Of a DNA stretch of 64,000 nucleotides, positions 22,987-34,446 are shown in pieces. The notes under the pieces are model-generated. The model worked only from the letters and a program-made list of their open reading frames with translations, ran no database searches and had not been told where the DNA came from. This stretch comes from an uncultured Mycoplasmatota bacterium (GTDB lineage: Bacteria > Bacillota_I > Bacilli_A > RF39 > UBA660): assembly GCA_900546745.1 (NCBI GenBank), contig URDT01000001.1:5799-69798 (forward strand), in the 5' to 3' direction. Made by a program: the position numbers and the translations under genes. Each line of letters begins with the position of its first letter. The first letter of the stretch is position 1.

Positions 22987-25929
22987 TTATTCTGTTACGC
23001 TAACTGTTTTAGTAAGTGATTTTACCGTCTCATTATTATAAGTAATATTGTATTTAATTGTATGAGTACCAACTGTCGTAGTATTTAGAGTTGTACTTGT
23101 ACCAGTAATTGCTTTGTCATCAATAGAAATTGTAATCTTCGCTTTACTAGTTACATCTTTAGAATCTTCTAAAACAGTCACATCAGTAGTACTAACTTTA
23201 TAAGCTGTACCTTTTTTTATTTCTTCCTTTTCTTTTCCGTTTAATTTAGCAGTTACAGTTCCTTTTACATTGGCTAAACTAACAGTAGTAGATACGCCAT
23301 CACTAGCATTTGCTGTAAATATTGTATAAGATGTTTTTACAACATAAGTAGTAGGAGAAGATGTATTAACATCAATAGTAACAGAAGAATCACTAGTTTC
23401 CGTAATATAATTTAAATTTCCACTAGAATCTTTTCCATATATTTTATATACTAACTTTCCAAAAGTGCTGTTATTTTCACTAATACGGGTAGATAAAGCA
23501 TTTTGTCTATATCCTGCATCACTATATAAGGAAGCAAAATAACTATTTAAGTAATCATTACTAATCGCATTTGGGGTTTTAATAGGATTCCATTTAATTG
23601 TTAATTTATTATTACTAATAGAAGATGTCACATTTGTTACATTTTCTAATTTACTATAACGATCAGAAACTTCAGTTGGCTCTGTTCCGGATTTAAATAA
23701 TTCTGTAACAATCATATTTCCTGGAGTATATTCGCTAGGTAATTTAGCAGGCCATGATCCCATTTCCACCTGTACTTCTGAAACACTATCTGGTTTTGTC
23801 CAATTACTATCTGATTTGAAAATTCCTTTTGCTACAGCTTGGAATAATCTTCTATGTGCGATTGTAAAGGAAGTACTTGTCACTGTACGATCTGTATCTT
23901 TATAACCATACCATACAGAAATAGCATAGTCAGGAGATACAGCATTGACCCATAAGTCATTAACAGCATCTGAGCCAAATTTTTGAGCAATATTTTCTGG
24001 GTAGTTTGAAGTTCCTGTTTTAGCGCCATAAATAGCACCATTAACATTGTATTGTGCTCCTAAACCACTTTGAGCAGATGATTGTAATAAAGAAGTCATC
24101 ATATAAGCAGTTTCCTCACTCATTACACGAGTTTTTTCAACTTTATTTTCAATTGTTTCATTAGTTTCATTTAAAATTATTTTTGTATAACTGTAAGGTT
24201 TAATATAATATCCACCATTACCAAAACTTGAATAAGCAGCAGCCATTGTACGAGGGCTTTCGCCATATTTTTGACCACCAATAGAGTGAGCCTCGTTAAT
24301 AATTCCATTTTCTACATCTGGATTTAATTCAACACTTTGAACAAATTTTAAAATATTAGAATTCTTATTAGATTGGAAAGCTTTTAAAGCAGGGATATTT
24401 CTAGATTGAGCAAGTGCTGTACGTAAAGTCATCAATCCATTATATTTGCGATCCCAGTTGTTAATATTTGTTCCATCTGAATAAGAATGCGGTTCATCTA
24501 CAAATAATTGATAAGTAGACCAATTTTCATATTCAATACCTGGAGCATAATCGTATAAAGGTTTAGAAGTAGATCCAATTTGTCTTTTCATATCTGTAGC
24601 ATTGACCCATTGTCTTTCGCCATTACGATGTCTTCCAGCTCCAATTGCTACAATTGCTCCAGTTTTGACATCTTGAACAGATATTCCAGAATCAACAATA
24701 TCATTTTGCCAAGTAAAGCTTTTCCCATTCATAATATCATTAATCCAAGATTGTTTATCAATATCCATTGTGGTATAAATTTGCATTGAAGTAGTATAAG
24801 GATTTACACTTTTTCCTTGAGCTTTAAAATATTCAATGACATCTTCAACAACCATATCGATGAATCCTTGCCATTCGTTTGTTGTATTAGTATTGTCTTT
24901 TTTTACTAACATATCTTCAACTTTGATAGATGTTGCTACATTGTATTCATCTTGTGTGATATAACCATGACGTTTCATTAATTTTAATACTTGATTACGT
25001 CTTTGTTCAGCTTTTTCTGGATGTTGATAAGGATCGTAAGCATTTGGAGCTTGAAATAATCCAGCAATTAAAGCTGCCTCAGGTAAAGTCATATCTTTAG
25101 CATCCTTACCAAAATAAGTTTTACTAGCTTGTTCAACACCGTAAGCTCCACTACCTAAATAATAAGAATTCACATAAAATTCTAAAATTTCTTGTTTTGT
25201 ATATCTTTTTTCTACTTGAAAGACAGACATATAAATATCTGTGAATTTTCTTTTAATTCCTTCAAATCCACTAGAAGTAGTAGAAGTAAATGTATTTATT
25301 ACCACTTGCATTGTTAGTGTAGAGGCACCACCACCGCCGTGTGTTAGAACTTGTTGAATACTTGCTTTAGTGAAACGAGCTAAATCAAATCCATTATGTT
25401 GAAAGAATCTAGAGTCTTCAGTTGCTACAATTGCATCAACTAATACTTCTGGTAATTCATCATATGTGATATTTTCTCTTTGTTCAGTTCCTAATTTTCC
25501 AATTTCTGTTCCATTTGAACTATATAATGTAGAAGGTTCCATTTTATATAAGTCTTCTGGTTTAAAATCAGGAGCTTCGATTACAATATAAACTGCAAAA
25601 GCAATACAAGCTAAAACAACCATCATACATAAAATTAGAAAAATAAAAAGTAATTTTTTTCCAATATTTTTTTTCTTTTTAGAAGTATTTTGTTTATTTT
25701 TAGAAACTCTTGTATTTTTTACTTCTTTCATATTTTGTTTCTCCTTTTTAGGCTTTGTTTCTTTTCTTTTTAGAATTTCTAATATTCCTGGTAAGAAGAA
25801 AAGAATATCAGCAAACCCGATAATAAGAATTGATTTGATTGGCCCTACGGCAAGACATCCTACAATAAGAGCCAAAATACTAATTCCTAAAATAATTAAG
25901 TTATCACGATTTTTAAAAAATTCTTTCAT
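22987..25929 (-). CDS. ponA: Bifunctional class A penicillin-binding protein (transglycosylase/transpeptidase) with a long Thr/Ser-rich C-terminal extension
   Basis: GT51 motifs EDSRFFQHNG and RKF. Transpeptidase STSKP and KTGT. N-terminal TM anchor. Co-operonic with recU. Confidence 0.85.
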   Translation of the reverse strand: MKEFFKNRDNLIILGISILALIVGCLAVGPIKSILIIGFADILFFLPGILEILKRKETKPKKEKQNMKEVKNTRVSKNKQNTSKKKKNIGKKLLFIFLILCMMVVLACIAFAVYIVIEAPDFKPEDLYKMEPSTLYSSNGTEIGKLGTEQRENITYDELPEVLVDAIVATEDSRFFQHNGFDLARFTKASIQQVLTHGGGGASTLTMQVVINTFTSTTSSGFEGIKRKFTDIYMSVFQVEKRYTKQEILEFYVNSYYLGSGAYGVEQASKTYFGKDAKDMTLPEAALIAGLFQAPNAYDPYQHPEKAEQRRNQVLKLMKRHGYITQDEYNVATSIKVEDMLVKKDNTNTTNEWQGFIDMVVEDVIEYFKAQGKSVNPYTTSMQIYTTMDIDKQSWINDIMNGKSFTWQNDIVDSGISVQDVKTGAIVAIGAGRHRNGERQWVNATDMKRQIGSTSKPLYDYAPGIEYENWSTYQLFVDEPHSYSDGTNINNWDRKYNGLMTLRTALAQSRNIPALKAFQSNKNSNILKFVQSVELNPDVENGIINEAHSIGGQKYGESPRTMAAAYSSFGNGGYYIKPYSYTKIILNETNETIENKVEKTRVMSEETAYMMTSLLQSSAQSGLGAQYNVNGAIYGAKTGTSNYPENIAQKFGSDAVNDLWVNAVSPDYAISVWYGYKDTDRTVTSTSFTIAHRRLFQAVAKGIFKSDSNWTKPDSVSEVQVEMGSWPAKLPSEYTPGNMIVTELFKSGTEPTEVSDRYSKLENVTNVTSSISNNKLTIKWNPIKTPNAISNDYLNSYFASLYSDAGYRQNALSTRISENNSTFGKLVYKIYGKDSSGNLNYITETSDSSVTIDVNTSSPTTYVVKTSYTIFTANASDGVSTTVSLANVKGTVTAKLNGKEKEEIKKGTAYKVSTTDVTVLEDSKDVTSKAKITISIDDKAITGTSTTLNTTTVGTHTIKYNITYNNETVKSLTKTVSVTE

Positions 25930-26498
25930 ACGTCTTCTCCTTTAAAATATAGTTTGTCAACAATAGCTAAATAATCAATTCTAGGTTGATATTTAGGTTT
26001 TATTAAATAACCTCTTTTTTCAAAATAATCAACAGGAATTGATTTTCTTGTTTCATTTTCTATAAAAAATAAAAATTGTTCAATAGGAAGCAAAAATATT
26101 TTATCATAAAGTACAAAATTTACTAGAATAAATCCAATACCACCATGTTCATAGATTTTTTTCAAATGAGTAATTTGATGTTGATGGATATTAGCGATAG
26201 GAAAGTACTTTAATTTTGTTTCCTTTGCTTCAAAGTCAATATATTTTCCTTTGTAGATACCATTGTAATCAGTAGTAGAAGGAATTTTAAAATGTGCCTC
26301 TGTAATAACAGCATCTTTTCTTGATGGAAAATCAACTTTATTGATTGTAATTGGTGTTGGTTTTTTATAAATAATAGCAGTATTTTCTATTAAATAATAT
26401 TCATTGGTAATATTAATTTCTGCTTCAAAATTCATTCCTCTATTTCCATAAGAGATACTATTAGAGGATAATTTTGTAATACCATTTGGATATTTCAT
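25926..26498 (-). CDS. recU: Holliday junction resolvase RecU
   Basis: N-terminal GNRGMNFEAEIN and ...DFEAKETK match the RecU family. Overlaps the ponA start, as in Bacillus. Confidence 0.8.
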   Translation of the reverse strand: MKYPNGITKLSSNSISYGNRGMNFEAEINITNEYYLIENTAIIYKKPTPITINKVDFPSRKDAVITEAHFKIPSTTDYNGIYKGKYIDFEAKETKLKYFPIANIHQHQITHLKKIYEHGGIGFILVNFVLYDKIFLLPIEQFLFFIENETRKSIPVDYFEKRGYLIKPKYQPRIDYLAIVDKLYFKGEDV

Positions 26499-26817
26499 TT
26501 TACCACCAGTTTAATTATACTATAAAAAAATTATTTATGCCACATAATAAGAAAGAAAAAAATAAATTCTAAATATCACTAGTTTTGTCGAAACCCATGC
26601 AAAATCTAAAGATGTCTGCTAGACTAGATTCAAGAGGTGAGTCATGAACTATTATAATCAAATCAATGAATTGATGAATGAGATGTTAGATGATATCAAA
26701 TATATTAAAAAAGCTACTTTTTTACAAGCAATTGAAAAGTAGTTTTTTTAATTGCAATGAAATTGACAAAATAGACTTTTTTTGAGAGAATATTATTGGA
26801 ATTGTGAGGTGTCTTTT

Positions 26818-27141
26818 ATGTATCAAGATCGAATTTTACTAACATGCAAAGATATTTTAGAAAAAGAGTTCAAGATTGATACCCGTGGATACCGCCCACA
26901 AGAGGTTGATAAATTCTTAGATGCAATTATTAGAGATTATGAGGAATTCTTTAAAATTATCAAAGAAATAGAAAATGATAAAAAGGAACTAATTGAAGAT
27001 AATATCAAATTGAAACAAGAAATTAGAAATCTTCATACAAAAATGGATGTTCTAAAAGAAGGATCGAATCGCGAAGTGACAAATGCAGATATTTTAAGAA
27101 GATTATCTAACTTAGAAAAATATATTTATAATGAGAAATAA
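26818..27141 (+). CDS. gpsB: Cell-cycle protein GpsB (DivIVA domain)
   Basis: LTCKDILEKEFKIDTRGYRPQEVDKFLD is a DivIVA/GpsB N-domain. It lies next to rnpB and recU, as in Bacillus. Confidence 0.7.
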   Translation: MYQDRILLTCKDILEKEFKIDTRGYRPQEVDKFLDAIIRDYEEFFKIIKEIENDKKELIEDNIKLKQEIRNLHTKMDVLKEGSNREVTNADILRRLSNLEKYIYNEK

Positions 27142-27497
27142 TATTTTGACAAACGCTGTATTCTTTGTAATATAGAGGAAAGTCCATGCTCGCAAAGTCT
27201 GTGATGACTTTAGTGTTCGTGCCTAGGGAAAAAATAACCTAGGGTGATTTTTTCAACGGCTCCGAAATAACCTAAGTCTTTTGATATGGTTAGATTAGGT
27301 ATAAAAGTGCCATAGTGACGAAGAAACTAGAAATAGTGGAAATGGAACGAGGTAAACCCCACGAGCGAGAAACCCAAATTTTGGTAGGGGAGCCCGGTAG
27401 AATAGAATTAAGAATATTCGAGGGATCAAGGAAACTTGATAGATAAATGTTTGTCGCCTGCTTGTCAGGAACAGAACATGGCTTATAAAATATTATT
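27137..27497 (+). ncRNA. rnpB: RNase P RNA (type B)
   Basis: GAGGAAAGTCCATGCTCGCA near the 5' end, internal GGTAAACCCCACGAGCGAGAAACCCAAATTTTGGTAGGGGA, and 3' ACAGAACATGGCTTATA. P1 pairing aataatatttt/aaaatattatt fixes the approximate ends. Confidence 0.8.
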
Positions 27498-27524
27498 TAT
27501 TTTGAGAATGAAAGAGGTGACAAT

Positions 27525-28001
27525 ATGAAAGAAATTGGTGAGGCGTTAAAAGAAGCTAGAGAAAATATAGGACTATCTATTGAAGAAGTTGCTAGTGATT
27601 TAAAATTAAGACCAAGCCAAATCGAAAATATTGAAACCGGTAATATAGATGCTTTCAAAGATGTGTTTTATTTAAAATATTTTATTCGTGACTATTCTAA
27701 ATATTTAGGATTAAGTTATGAAGACATGATTGATGAGTTTAATGAGTATTTATTTGATTATACTTCAAAAATATCATTAGATGATATTAAAAAGGCAAAA
27801 AAGAAAGCAGAACGAAATCAAGCAAAAAAAGATAAAAGAATAGCATCACCTTATACAATCGAGAGAAGAAAAAAAATAAACTTAAAAATTGTATTATTAG
27901 TTTTTTTATCTATATTAGCTATGTTGATGCTTGTTTTTATTGTAAAACAGGTTGTTAATAATACAGAATCTAATCAACCAATTGATAATGTAATTAGATA
28001 G
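27525..28001 (+). CDS. RodZ-like HTH membrane protein
   Basis: N-terminal HTH IGEALKEARENIGLSIEEVA, a basic linker, then a single TM. Located upstream of pgsA, as in Bacillus. Confidence 0.5.
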   Translation: MKEIGEALKEARENIGLSIEEVASDLKLRPSQIENIETGNIDAFKDVFYLKYFIRDYSKYLGLSYEDMIDEFNEYLFDYTSKISLDDIKKAKKKAERNQAKKDKRIASPYTIERRKKINLKIVLLVFLSILAMLMLVFIVKQVVNNTESNQPIDNVIR

Positions 28002-28010
28002 GAGATATTT

Positions 28011-28601
28011 ATGAATTTACCTAACAAAATAACATTTAGTAGAATTTTACTTTCATTTCTTATAATCATCATTTTATTATTTCCATTTGATGCTTCTGGA
28101 ATAGAACTTCCTAAATTATTTATTGATGAGTCTATTGTTATTGACTTAAAATATATTGTTGCTGGAGTTTTATTTATAGTTGCTTCATTAACAGATTTTG
28201 TGGATGGAAGATTAGCAAGAAAATATAATATGGTAACAGATTTAGGAAAAATGTTAGATGCTATAGCAGATAAGGTTTTAGTGAACTCCGTGTTAATTAT
28301 ATTAGCTTCTTCAGGTTTTATTTCACCAATTATTCCAGTTGTTATCATTGTTAGAGATAGTATTGTAAATTCAATAAAGATGGTTGCTGGAAGCAAAGGA
28401 GAAGTAGTGGCAGCTATAAAATCAGGAAAAATTAAAACTGCTTGTTTAATGACAGGAATCGTACTTACATTATTTTATAATTTACCATTTGAATTGTTTA
28501 ATATTCGTGTATCTGATGCATTACTAATTGTAGCTTGTGTACTTTCTATTATATCCGCAATTCAGTATTATGAAATGAACAAAAAATATATATTTGAATA
28601 G
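28011..28601 (+). CDS. pgsA: CDP-diacylglycerol--glycerol-3-phosphate 3-phosphatidyltransferase
   Basis: CDP-alcohol phosphatidyltransferase motif DFVDGRLAR...G...DAIADK. Confidence 0.8.
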   Translation: MNLPNKITFSRILLSFLIIIILLFPFDASGIELPKLFIDESIVIDLKYIVAGVLFIVASLTDFVDGRLARKYNMVTDLGKMLDAIADKVLVNSVLIILASSGFISPIIPVVIIVRDSIVNSIKMVAGSKGEVVAAIKSGKIKTACLMTGIVLTLFYNLPFELFNIRVSDALLIVACVLSIISAIQYYEMNKKYIFE

Positions 28602-28779
28602 GCCAATAAAGAATTGGCTTATTTTTAAATACTAAAATCCAAAATTATCCATTTGAAAAATTTAAAAAATTATTGTTTAATATAATTAAAGTTAACATTT
28701 TCGAACAAAAGTTCGTAAAATACATTGACTTTGAAAAAAACATATTATATAATGTGATTGTACTGATAGGAGGATTACA

Positions 28780-29802
28780 ATGGTTAAACAATCAACAGAT
28801 AAAACATTAGATCAAGTATTGTCTGATATAGAAAAACAATTTGGAAAAGGTGCAGTTATGAAATTGGGAGATAATGAACACATGGATATAGAAACTATTC
28901 CGAGCGGTTCACTATCACTAGACATAGCTTTAGGAATAGGTGGTTATCCTAAAGGTAGAATTGTAGAAATTTATGGACCAGAATCAAGTGGTAAAACAAC
29001 ATTTGCATTACATGCAATCGCAGAAGCTCAAAAAACTGGTGGCCGTGCTGCTTTTATTGATGCAGAACATGCGTTAGATCCACAATATGCTGCTAAAATA
29101 GGTGTAAATATTAATGATTTATTATTATCACAACCAGATAATGGTGAACAGGCACTTGAAATTTGCGAAGCATTGGTTCGTAGTGGTGCAATTAGTGTAA
29201 TTGTAATTGATTCTGTTGCTGCTTTAGTTCCTCAAGCTGAAATTGAAGGTGAAATGGGAGATACTCATGTAGGTTTACAAGCAAGATTAATGAGTCAGGC
29301 TTTAAGAAAGTTATCGGGAATTATTAATAAAACAAATACAATAGCAATTTTTATCAATCAACTTAGAGAAAAAGTTGGTGTAATGTTTGGAAACCCAGAA
29401 ACAACACCTGGTGGTCGTGCTTTGAAATTTTATTCATCAGTTCGATTAGAAATTAGACGTTCGGAACAAATTAAAGATGGAACAGATGTAATTGGAAATA
29501 AGACTTCTATTAAAGTTGTTAAAAATAAAATGGCGCCACCTTTTAAAAGTTGTGTAGTAGATATTATGTATGGTGAAGGTGTTTCTAAAGAAGGAGAATT
29601 AATTGATTTAGCTAGTGAAGCCAAAATTATAGAAAAAACAGGAGCATGGTATTCTTACAATGGTGAAAAATTAGGACAAGGAAAAGAAAATGTAAAAGCA
29701 TTATTAAAATCAAAGCCTGATATGACTAATGAAATAGAACAACTAGTTCGTGACCATTTTGATATTAGCTCAAAGAAAAAAGAAAGCACAAAAAGTGAAT
29801 AG
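28780..29802 (+). CDS. recA: Recombinase RecA
   Basis: Walker [10 protein letters not shown] and the near-invariant RecA core [10 protein letters not shown]...VIDSVAAL. Confidence 0.95.
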   Translation: MVKQSTDKTLDQVLSDIEKQFGKGAVMKLGDNEHMDIETIPSGSLSLDIALGIGGYPKGRIVEIYGPESSGKTTFALHAIAEAQKTGGRAAFIDAEHALDPQYAAKIGVNINDLLLSQPDNGEQALEICEALVRSGAISVIVIDSVAALVPQAEIEGEMGDTHVGLQARLMSQALRKLSGIINKTNTIAIFINQLREKVGVMFGNPETTPGGRALKFYSSVRLEIRRSEQIKDGTDVIGNKTSIKVVKNKMAPPFKSCVVDIMYGEGVSKEGELIDLASEAKIIEKTGAWYSYNGEKLGQGKENVKALLKSKPDMTNEIEQLVRDHFDISSKKKESTKSE

Positions 29803-29959
29803 TAATCACTTTTTTGTTTTTATTAGGAATGATAGTTTATTGAGGTACAAATTTAATAGTCATTTTTATTTTTCTTGACTTATTGTTTGATTTTATCTAC
29901 AATGATAATAGTAGGATTATATCTTACAAGTTACAAAAATTTTGAATGGAGGTTATTTT

Positions 29960-31513
29960 ATGAATGAAATGATTTTCTCCATTTTACTAGTCTTAATTGG
30001 ATTCTTTATAGGAACAATTGCAATTATTATTGTGAATTATTTAAGAGGAATTTCCACTACTTCCAAAATAGATAAAATGTTAGAAAATGCTAAAAAAGAG
30101 TCAGAAAGAATAAAAAGAGATAGCATTTTAGAAACAAAAGAAGAAACTTATCGCATGAAGACAGATGCTGAAAAAGAAATCAAAGAGAAAAAACAAGAAG
30201 TCAAAGAAACAGAAGAAAGACTATTAGCTCGTGAAAATAATATTGATCGTAGAGACCAAACACTTCAAAATCGAGAACAATTATTGGAAGAACGTGAAAA
30301 TAATTTAATAGAAAAGCAAAGAGAAATCCAAAATGAACAAGTGAAAATAGAAGAGATCAAAAATCAACAACTTGAAACATTAGAACAAATTTCAAACGTT
30401 TCAAAACAAGAAGCAAAAGATTTAATTTTAAAGAAAATTGAAGATATGATGAATCTTGAAATTACAGGGTACATCAAGGAACGTGAAGCAGAAGCTAAGT
30501 TAGAAGTAGATCGTACAGCAAAAAGTATGTTAGTAACATGCATGCAAAGATATGCTGGAGATGTTGCAAATGAACAAACCGTTACAGTAGTAAATTTGCC
30601 AAATGATGAAATGAAGGGTCGTATCATAGGTAGAGAAGGAAGAAATATTCGTACAATTGAAGCTGTTACAGGTGTCGATTTAATTATAGATGATACCCCA
30701 GAAGCTATTGTATTATCAAGTTTCGACCCTTATCGAAGAGAAATTGCCCGTCTAACAATAGAATCACTAATTAAAGATGGACGAATTCATCCAACAAGAA
30801 TTGAAGAATTATATGATAAAGTTTCAAATGAAATATTAATTAAAATAAGAGAGTATGGAGAAGAAGCTTTATTTGAACTTGGAATTACTAAAATGGATCC
30901 TGAACTAGTAGAATTAGTTGGTAAATTACATTTTAGAACAAGTTATGGACAAAATGCTTTGCAACATTCTATAGAGGTTGCTAATTTGTCAGGCTTATTA
31001 GCAGCAGAATTAGGAGAAAATGTCGTTTTAGCAAAAAGAGCAGGATTATTGCATGATATAGGAAAATCTATTGACCACGAAATGGAAGGTAGCCATGTTA
31101 CAATAGGTGGAGAAATTGCTAGAAAATATAAAGAATCAGAAGTAGTAATTAATGCTATTGAATCCCATCATGGAGATGTAGAAGCTACAAGTGTTATTTC
31201 TGTTTTAGTTGCTGTAGCAGATGCTTTATCAGCATCACGCCCAGGAGCTAGAAACGATTCTTTAGAAAACTATGTAAAAAGATTACAAGAATTGGAAAAC
31301 ATTGCCAATGATAATCCAGGAATTGAAAAGGCTTATGCTGTTCAAGCAGGACGTGAAATTCGTGTAATTGTTAAACCAGAAGAAATTGATGATTTGGAAA
31401 GTTATCAAATTGCTCGTAATATAAAAAATCGTATTGAAAATGAAATGCAATACCCTGGTACTATAAAGGTTACGGTTATCAGAGAAACAAGAGCTACAGA
31501 AGAAGCAAAATAA
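29960..31513 (+). CDS. rny: Ribonuclease Y
   Basis: N-terminal TM, coiled coil, KH domain, and HD domain LLHDIGK. RBS ggagg before the ATG at 29960. Confidence 0.9.
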   Translation: MNEMIFSILLVLIGFFIGTIAIIIVNYLRGISTTSKIDKMLENAKKESERIKRDSILETKEETYRMKTDAEKEIKEKKQEVKETEERLLARENNIDRRDQTLQNREQLLEERENNLIEKQREIQNEQVKIEEIKNQQLETLEQISNVSKQEAKDLILKKIEDMMNLEITGYIKEREAEAKLEVDRTAKSMLVTCMQRYAGDVANEQTVTVVNLPNDEMKGRIIGREGRNIRTIEAVTGVDLIIDDTPEAIVLSSFDPYRREIARLTIESLIKDGRIHPTRIEELYDKVSNEILIKIREYGEEALFELGITKMDPELVELVGKLHFRTSYGQNALQHSIEVANLSGLLAAELGENVVLAKRAGLLHDIGKSIDHEMEGSHVTIGGEIARKYKESEVVINAIESHHGDVEATSVISVLVAVADALSASRPGARNDSLENYVKRLQELENIANDNPGIEKAYAVQAGREIRVIVKPEEIDDLESYQIARNIKNRIENEMQYPGTIKVTVIRETRATEEAK

Positions 31514-31565
31514 TTATTACATTTGTAATAATTTTTTTGTATAATAAGTTTAAGGAAGTGAATTA

Positions 31566-32024
31566 ATGGAAGGCAAGTATATTATTGTAGAACTAATTCC
31601 TACAGCAAGTAATCCAGAATACGGAGATATTATTCAATTGTCAGCTTTGAAAATTGAAAATTTACAACTAGTGGATCGTTTTGATTATCGCTTAAAAGAA
31701 GAATATATTCCTTTACAAGATCTTGTTCGTATGATTAGCTACGACAAAGATAAATTTATATATAAAGAAACAACTACAGAAATATTAGAAGAATTTGATA
31801 AATGGTCAGAAGATATTCCGATATTAATTTTGAATAATCAATATACATTAAAATATTTAAAAGAAATAAATAATATAAAAAAAGATATATCTACTTATCT
31901 AGATATACCTTATCATGATGATATCATTGAAACTATTATGGAAAAATATGAAATAGAACCCAGTAACTATATTGTAGATATTTTATATGAGGCTCTAATT
32001 TATAAAAGTAATGAAAACAAATAA
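31566..32024 (+). CDS. Hypothetical protein (degenerate DnaQ-like exonuclease fold?)
   Basis: IIVELIPTASNPEYGDIIQLSALKI resembles an Exo I motif but lacks the catalytic Asp. Confidence 0.35.
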   Translation: MEGKYIIVELIPTASNPEYGDIIQLSALKIENLQLVDRFDYRLKEEYIPLQDLVRMISYDKDKFIYKETTTEILEEFDKWSEDIPILILNNQYTLKYLKEINNIKKDISTYLDIPYHDDIIETIMEKYEIEPSNYIVDILYEALIYKSNENK

Positions 32025-32042
32025 TGGTTTCTTTTTTTTAAT

Positions 32043-32066
32043 AAAAAGTGCTTAAAAAGCACTTTT
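32043..32066. terminator. Bidirectional terminator hairpin
   Basis: aaaagtgct-taaaa-agcactttt between convergent genes. Confidence 0.5.
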
Positions 32067-32340
32067 ATCTGTAATAATAAGGTCCATAATAAGGTCCATA
32101 GTATGGAGCTTGATAATATGGTCTTGGATAGAAAGCAGGCGCTAATAGTCCCCCAGTAATTCCACCTAATACAAATGGTCCTAAAAATCCCCCAGCAAAG
32201 CGATTATCTTGAGACATACTTGGCATAAATGATGAGTTAGAAATTGAAGATTGACGTGGCATAGTCATACTTGAACTCATCATAGGTCCATTCATAGAAC
32301 TAGGCATAGATTGATTCATTGATTGATAACTAGAATACAT
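32065..32340 (-). CDS. Tyr/Gly/Pro-rich low-complexity small protein (spore-coat-like)
   Basis: Real start is MYSSYQSMNQ at 32340 with RBS aggagaat. C-terminus ...YPRPYYQAPYYGPYYGPYYYR. The longer track ORF upstream is antisense to the aminopeptidase gene. Confidence 0.45.
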   Translation of the reverse strand: MYSSYQSMNQSMPSSMNGPMMSSSMTMPRQSSISNSSFMPSMSQDNRFAGGFLGPFVLGGITGGLLAPAFYPRPYYQAPYYGPYYGPYYYR

Positions 32341-32392
32341 GATAATTCTCCTTTCATAATATTTTATGAGAGAAATTAGAAAGGGTGAAACA

Positions 32393-33499
32393 ATGAATGA
32401 AATAAAAAAATTAAGTAGTATTATAATCAATGATTCATTAAAGGTAAGGAGGAATGAAAAAGTTTTAATTATTAGTGATACTGATAAGCCAGCTTTATTA
32501 ATAAAAGAATTCATTAAAAATATTAGTAAAAATGAAGGAATACCATTTGTAGAAATACTATTCCCTAGTATTGAATCACTATTATTAGAAAAAACAACAG
32601 AAGAAAGAATTAAACAAATTTCAATTATTGAAGAACAAAAAATTAACAATTTTGATACTTTTATCTATATTAAATATACTAAGAATGAATTCGAAACGAT
32701 AGATATTGATCCACAGATTTTAAAAAATAAAGGAAATGCTTTAGAAAAAATAAATCAAACTAGAGTAAATGAAAGAAAATGGATATTATTGAATTATCCT
32801 TCTGAACTAGATGCTTATAAAGCAAAAATGAATACTGATAAATATTTTCAATATGCTTTAGAAGTAATGACTGTGGACTATAATCAAATGAAGCAAGATA
32901 TCATTCCATTATTAAAATTGATGGAAAAAACGGATAAAGTCCGCATTCTATCTCCAAATACAGATTTAACTTTTAGTATTAAAGATATTCCAATTATTCC
33001 TTGTTGTGGAGAATGTAATATTCCTGATGGTGAAATATATACAGCCCCAGTAAAAAATTCAGTAAATGGTATCATTACATACAATGTACCAAGTGTTTAT
33101 CATGGAAATATGTATCATAATATTCAATTAACTTTTGAAAATGGAAAAATTATTCAAGCTACTAGCGATGATAATAATAATCGATTAAATGAAATATTTA
33201 ATACCGATGATGGTAGTAGATATGTAGGAGAATTTTCGCTAGGACTAAATCCTAAAATATTACACCCTGTTGGTAATATTTTATATGATGAAAAAATAAT
33301 AGGAAGCCTCCATTTTACGCCAGGATCTTCTTACTATAATGCTTATAATGGAAACAACTCAGCCATTCATTGGGATTTAGTATTAATTCAAAGAAAAGAA
33401 TATGGAGGAGGAGAAATTTATTTTGATGATATATTAATTAGAAAAGATGGAATGTTCGTCTTACCAGAATTACAACATTTAAATTATCTTTCAAAATAG
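32393..33499 (+). CDS. Aminopeptidase, M29 (AmpS/PepS) family
   Basis: Conserved ...GEFSLGLNP... and HWDLV patterns of thermophilic metalloprotease M29. Confidence 0.65.
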   Translation: MNEIKKLSSIIINDSLKVRRNEKVLIISDTDKPALLIKEFIKNISKNEGIPFVEILFPSIESLLLEKTTEERIKQISIIEEQKINNFDTFIYIKYTKNEFETIDIDPQILKNKGNALEKINQTRVNERKWILLNYPSELDAYKAKMNTDKYFQYALEVMTVDYNQMKQDIIPLLKLMEKTDKVRILSPNTDLTFSIKDIPIIPCCGECNIPDGEIYTAPVKNSVNGIITYNVPSVYHGNMYHNIQLTFENGKIIQATSDDNNNRLNEIFNTDDGSRYVGEFSLGLNPKILHPVGNILYDEKIIGSLHFTPGSSYYNAYNGNNSAIHWDLVLIQRKEYGGGEIYFDDILIRKDGMFVLPELQHLNYLSK

Positions 33500-33543
33500 T
33501 CAAAAATGACTATTTTTTTCATATATTTTAGTAAGGTGATGTC

Positions 33544-34386
33544 ATGTATAAAATATTTAGAAATATAGGAATCTTAGCCCTTGTTTTAGTGAGTTTTTTA
33601 TATACAGAAAGAATTGTAAGTGTTGTAAAAGATTATGATAATATTATGATTGAAATAAAACAAAATAAAAATCAATATCGAATCGACCCTATAGAAGCCA
33701 CTATTACAGAAAATACTATAATTCCTGGTGTAAAAGGAAAAGAAGTGGATGTAGAAAAAAGCTATGCCAAAATGAAAAAGTATGGTAAATTTGAACCTAC
33801 TTTATTAGCATATACAAAAATTAATCCACAAAATTTATTAAAAGATCATTTAGACAAAATGATTAGAAAGGGAAATTCTTCTAAGAAAATGGTATCAATT
33901 ATATTTGAATTAAATAATATTGATGAAATTGATTCCATCTTAAAAATATTAGAAACTAATAATATAAAAGGAAATTTTTTCATTGATAGTACATGGATTG
34001 GAAATAATGAAAAGACTATTATTGAATTAGTAAAAAATGGACATATAATAGGAAACCTAAGTTATAAAGGCGATTATACAAATTCTAAATTTATGGAATT
34101 AGATAACATTATAAAAAAAATAGCAGGTCAAAAAGTAAGCTATTGTTATTTGAATGAATATAATAAACAAGTATTAGATATATGTTCAAAGCAAGGGGAT
34201 TATACAATCTATCCTGATATTATTATAAAAAATAATATGCTTGTTGATGTGAAAAAAAATTTAGTTTCAGGTAGTATTATTAGTGTGAAAAATATTAACA
34301 AAGATCTAGATTTAGAGTTATTAATACAATATATCAAAAGTAAGGGAATGGAAATTGTAAATTTAAGAACTCTTTTAAGTGAATAA
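33544..34386 (+). CDS. Polysaccharide deacetylase-like protein (PdaB-like)
   Basis: N-terminal TM, weak NodB-like core, and a size typical of sporulation deacetylases. Confidence 0.35.
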   Translation: MYKIFRNIGILALVLVSFLYTERIVSVVKDYDNIMIEIKQNKNQYRIDPIEATITENTIIPGVKGKEVDVEKSYAKMKKYGKFEPTLLAYTKINPQNLLKDHLDKMIRKGNSSKKMVSIIFELNNIDEIDSILKILETNNIKGNFFIDSTWIGNNEKTIIELVKNGHIIGNLSYKGDYTNSKFMELDNIIKKIAGQKVSYCYLNEYNKQVLDICSKQGDYTIYPDIIIKNNMLVDVKKNLVSGSIISVKNINKDLDLELLIQYIKSKGMEIVNLRTLLSE

Positions 34387-34446
34387 ATGATTGACATTCA
34401 TTCATTAATTTTATATACTATAAACCGTTTAGTTTGGGGGATATAT

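Noticed and set aside
32341-32649. N-terminal 100 aa of the 194-aa minus-strand ORF 32065-32649
   Set aside because: This part is antisense to the start of the M29 aminopeptidase gene and is hydrophobic low-complexity sequence. A good RBS and start at 32340 define a 92-aa Tyr-rich protein instead.
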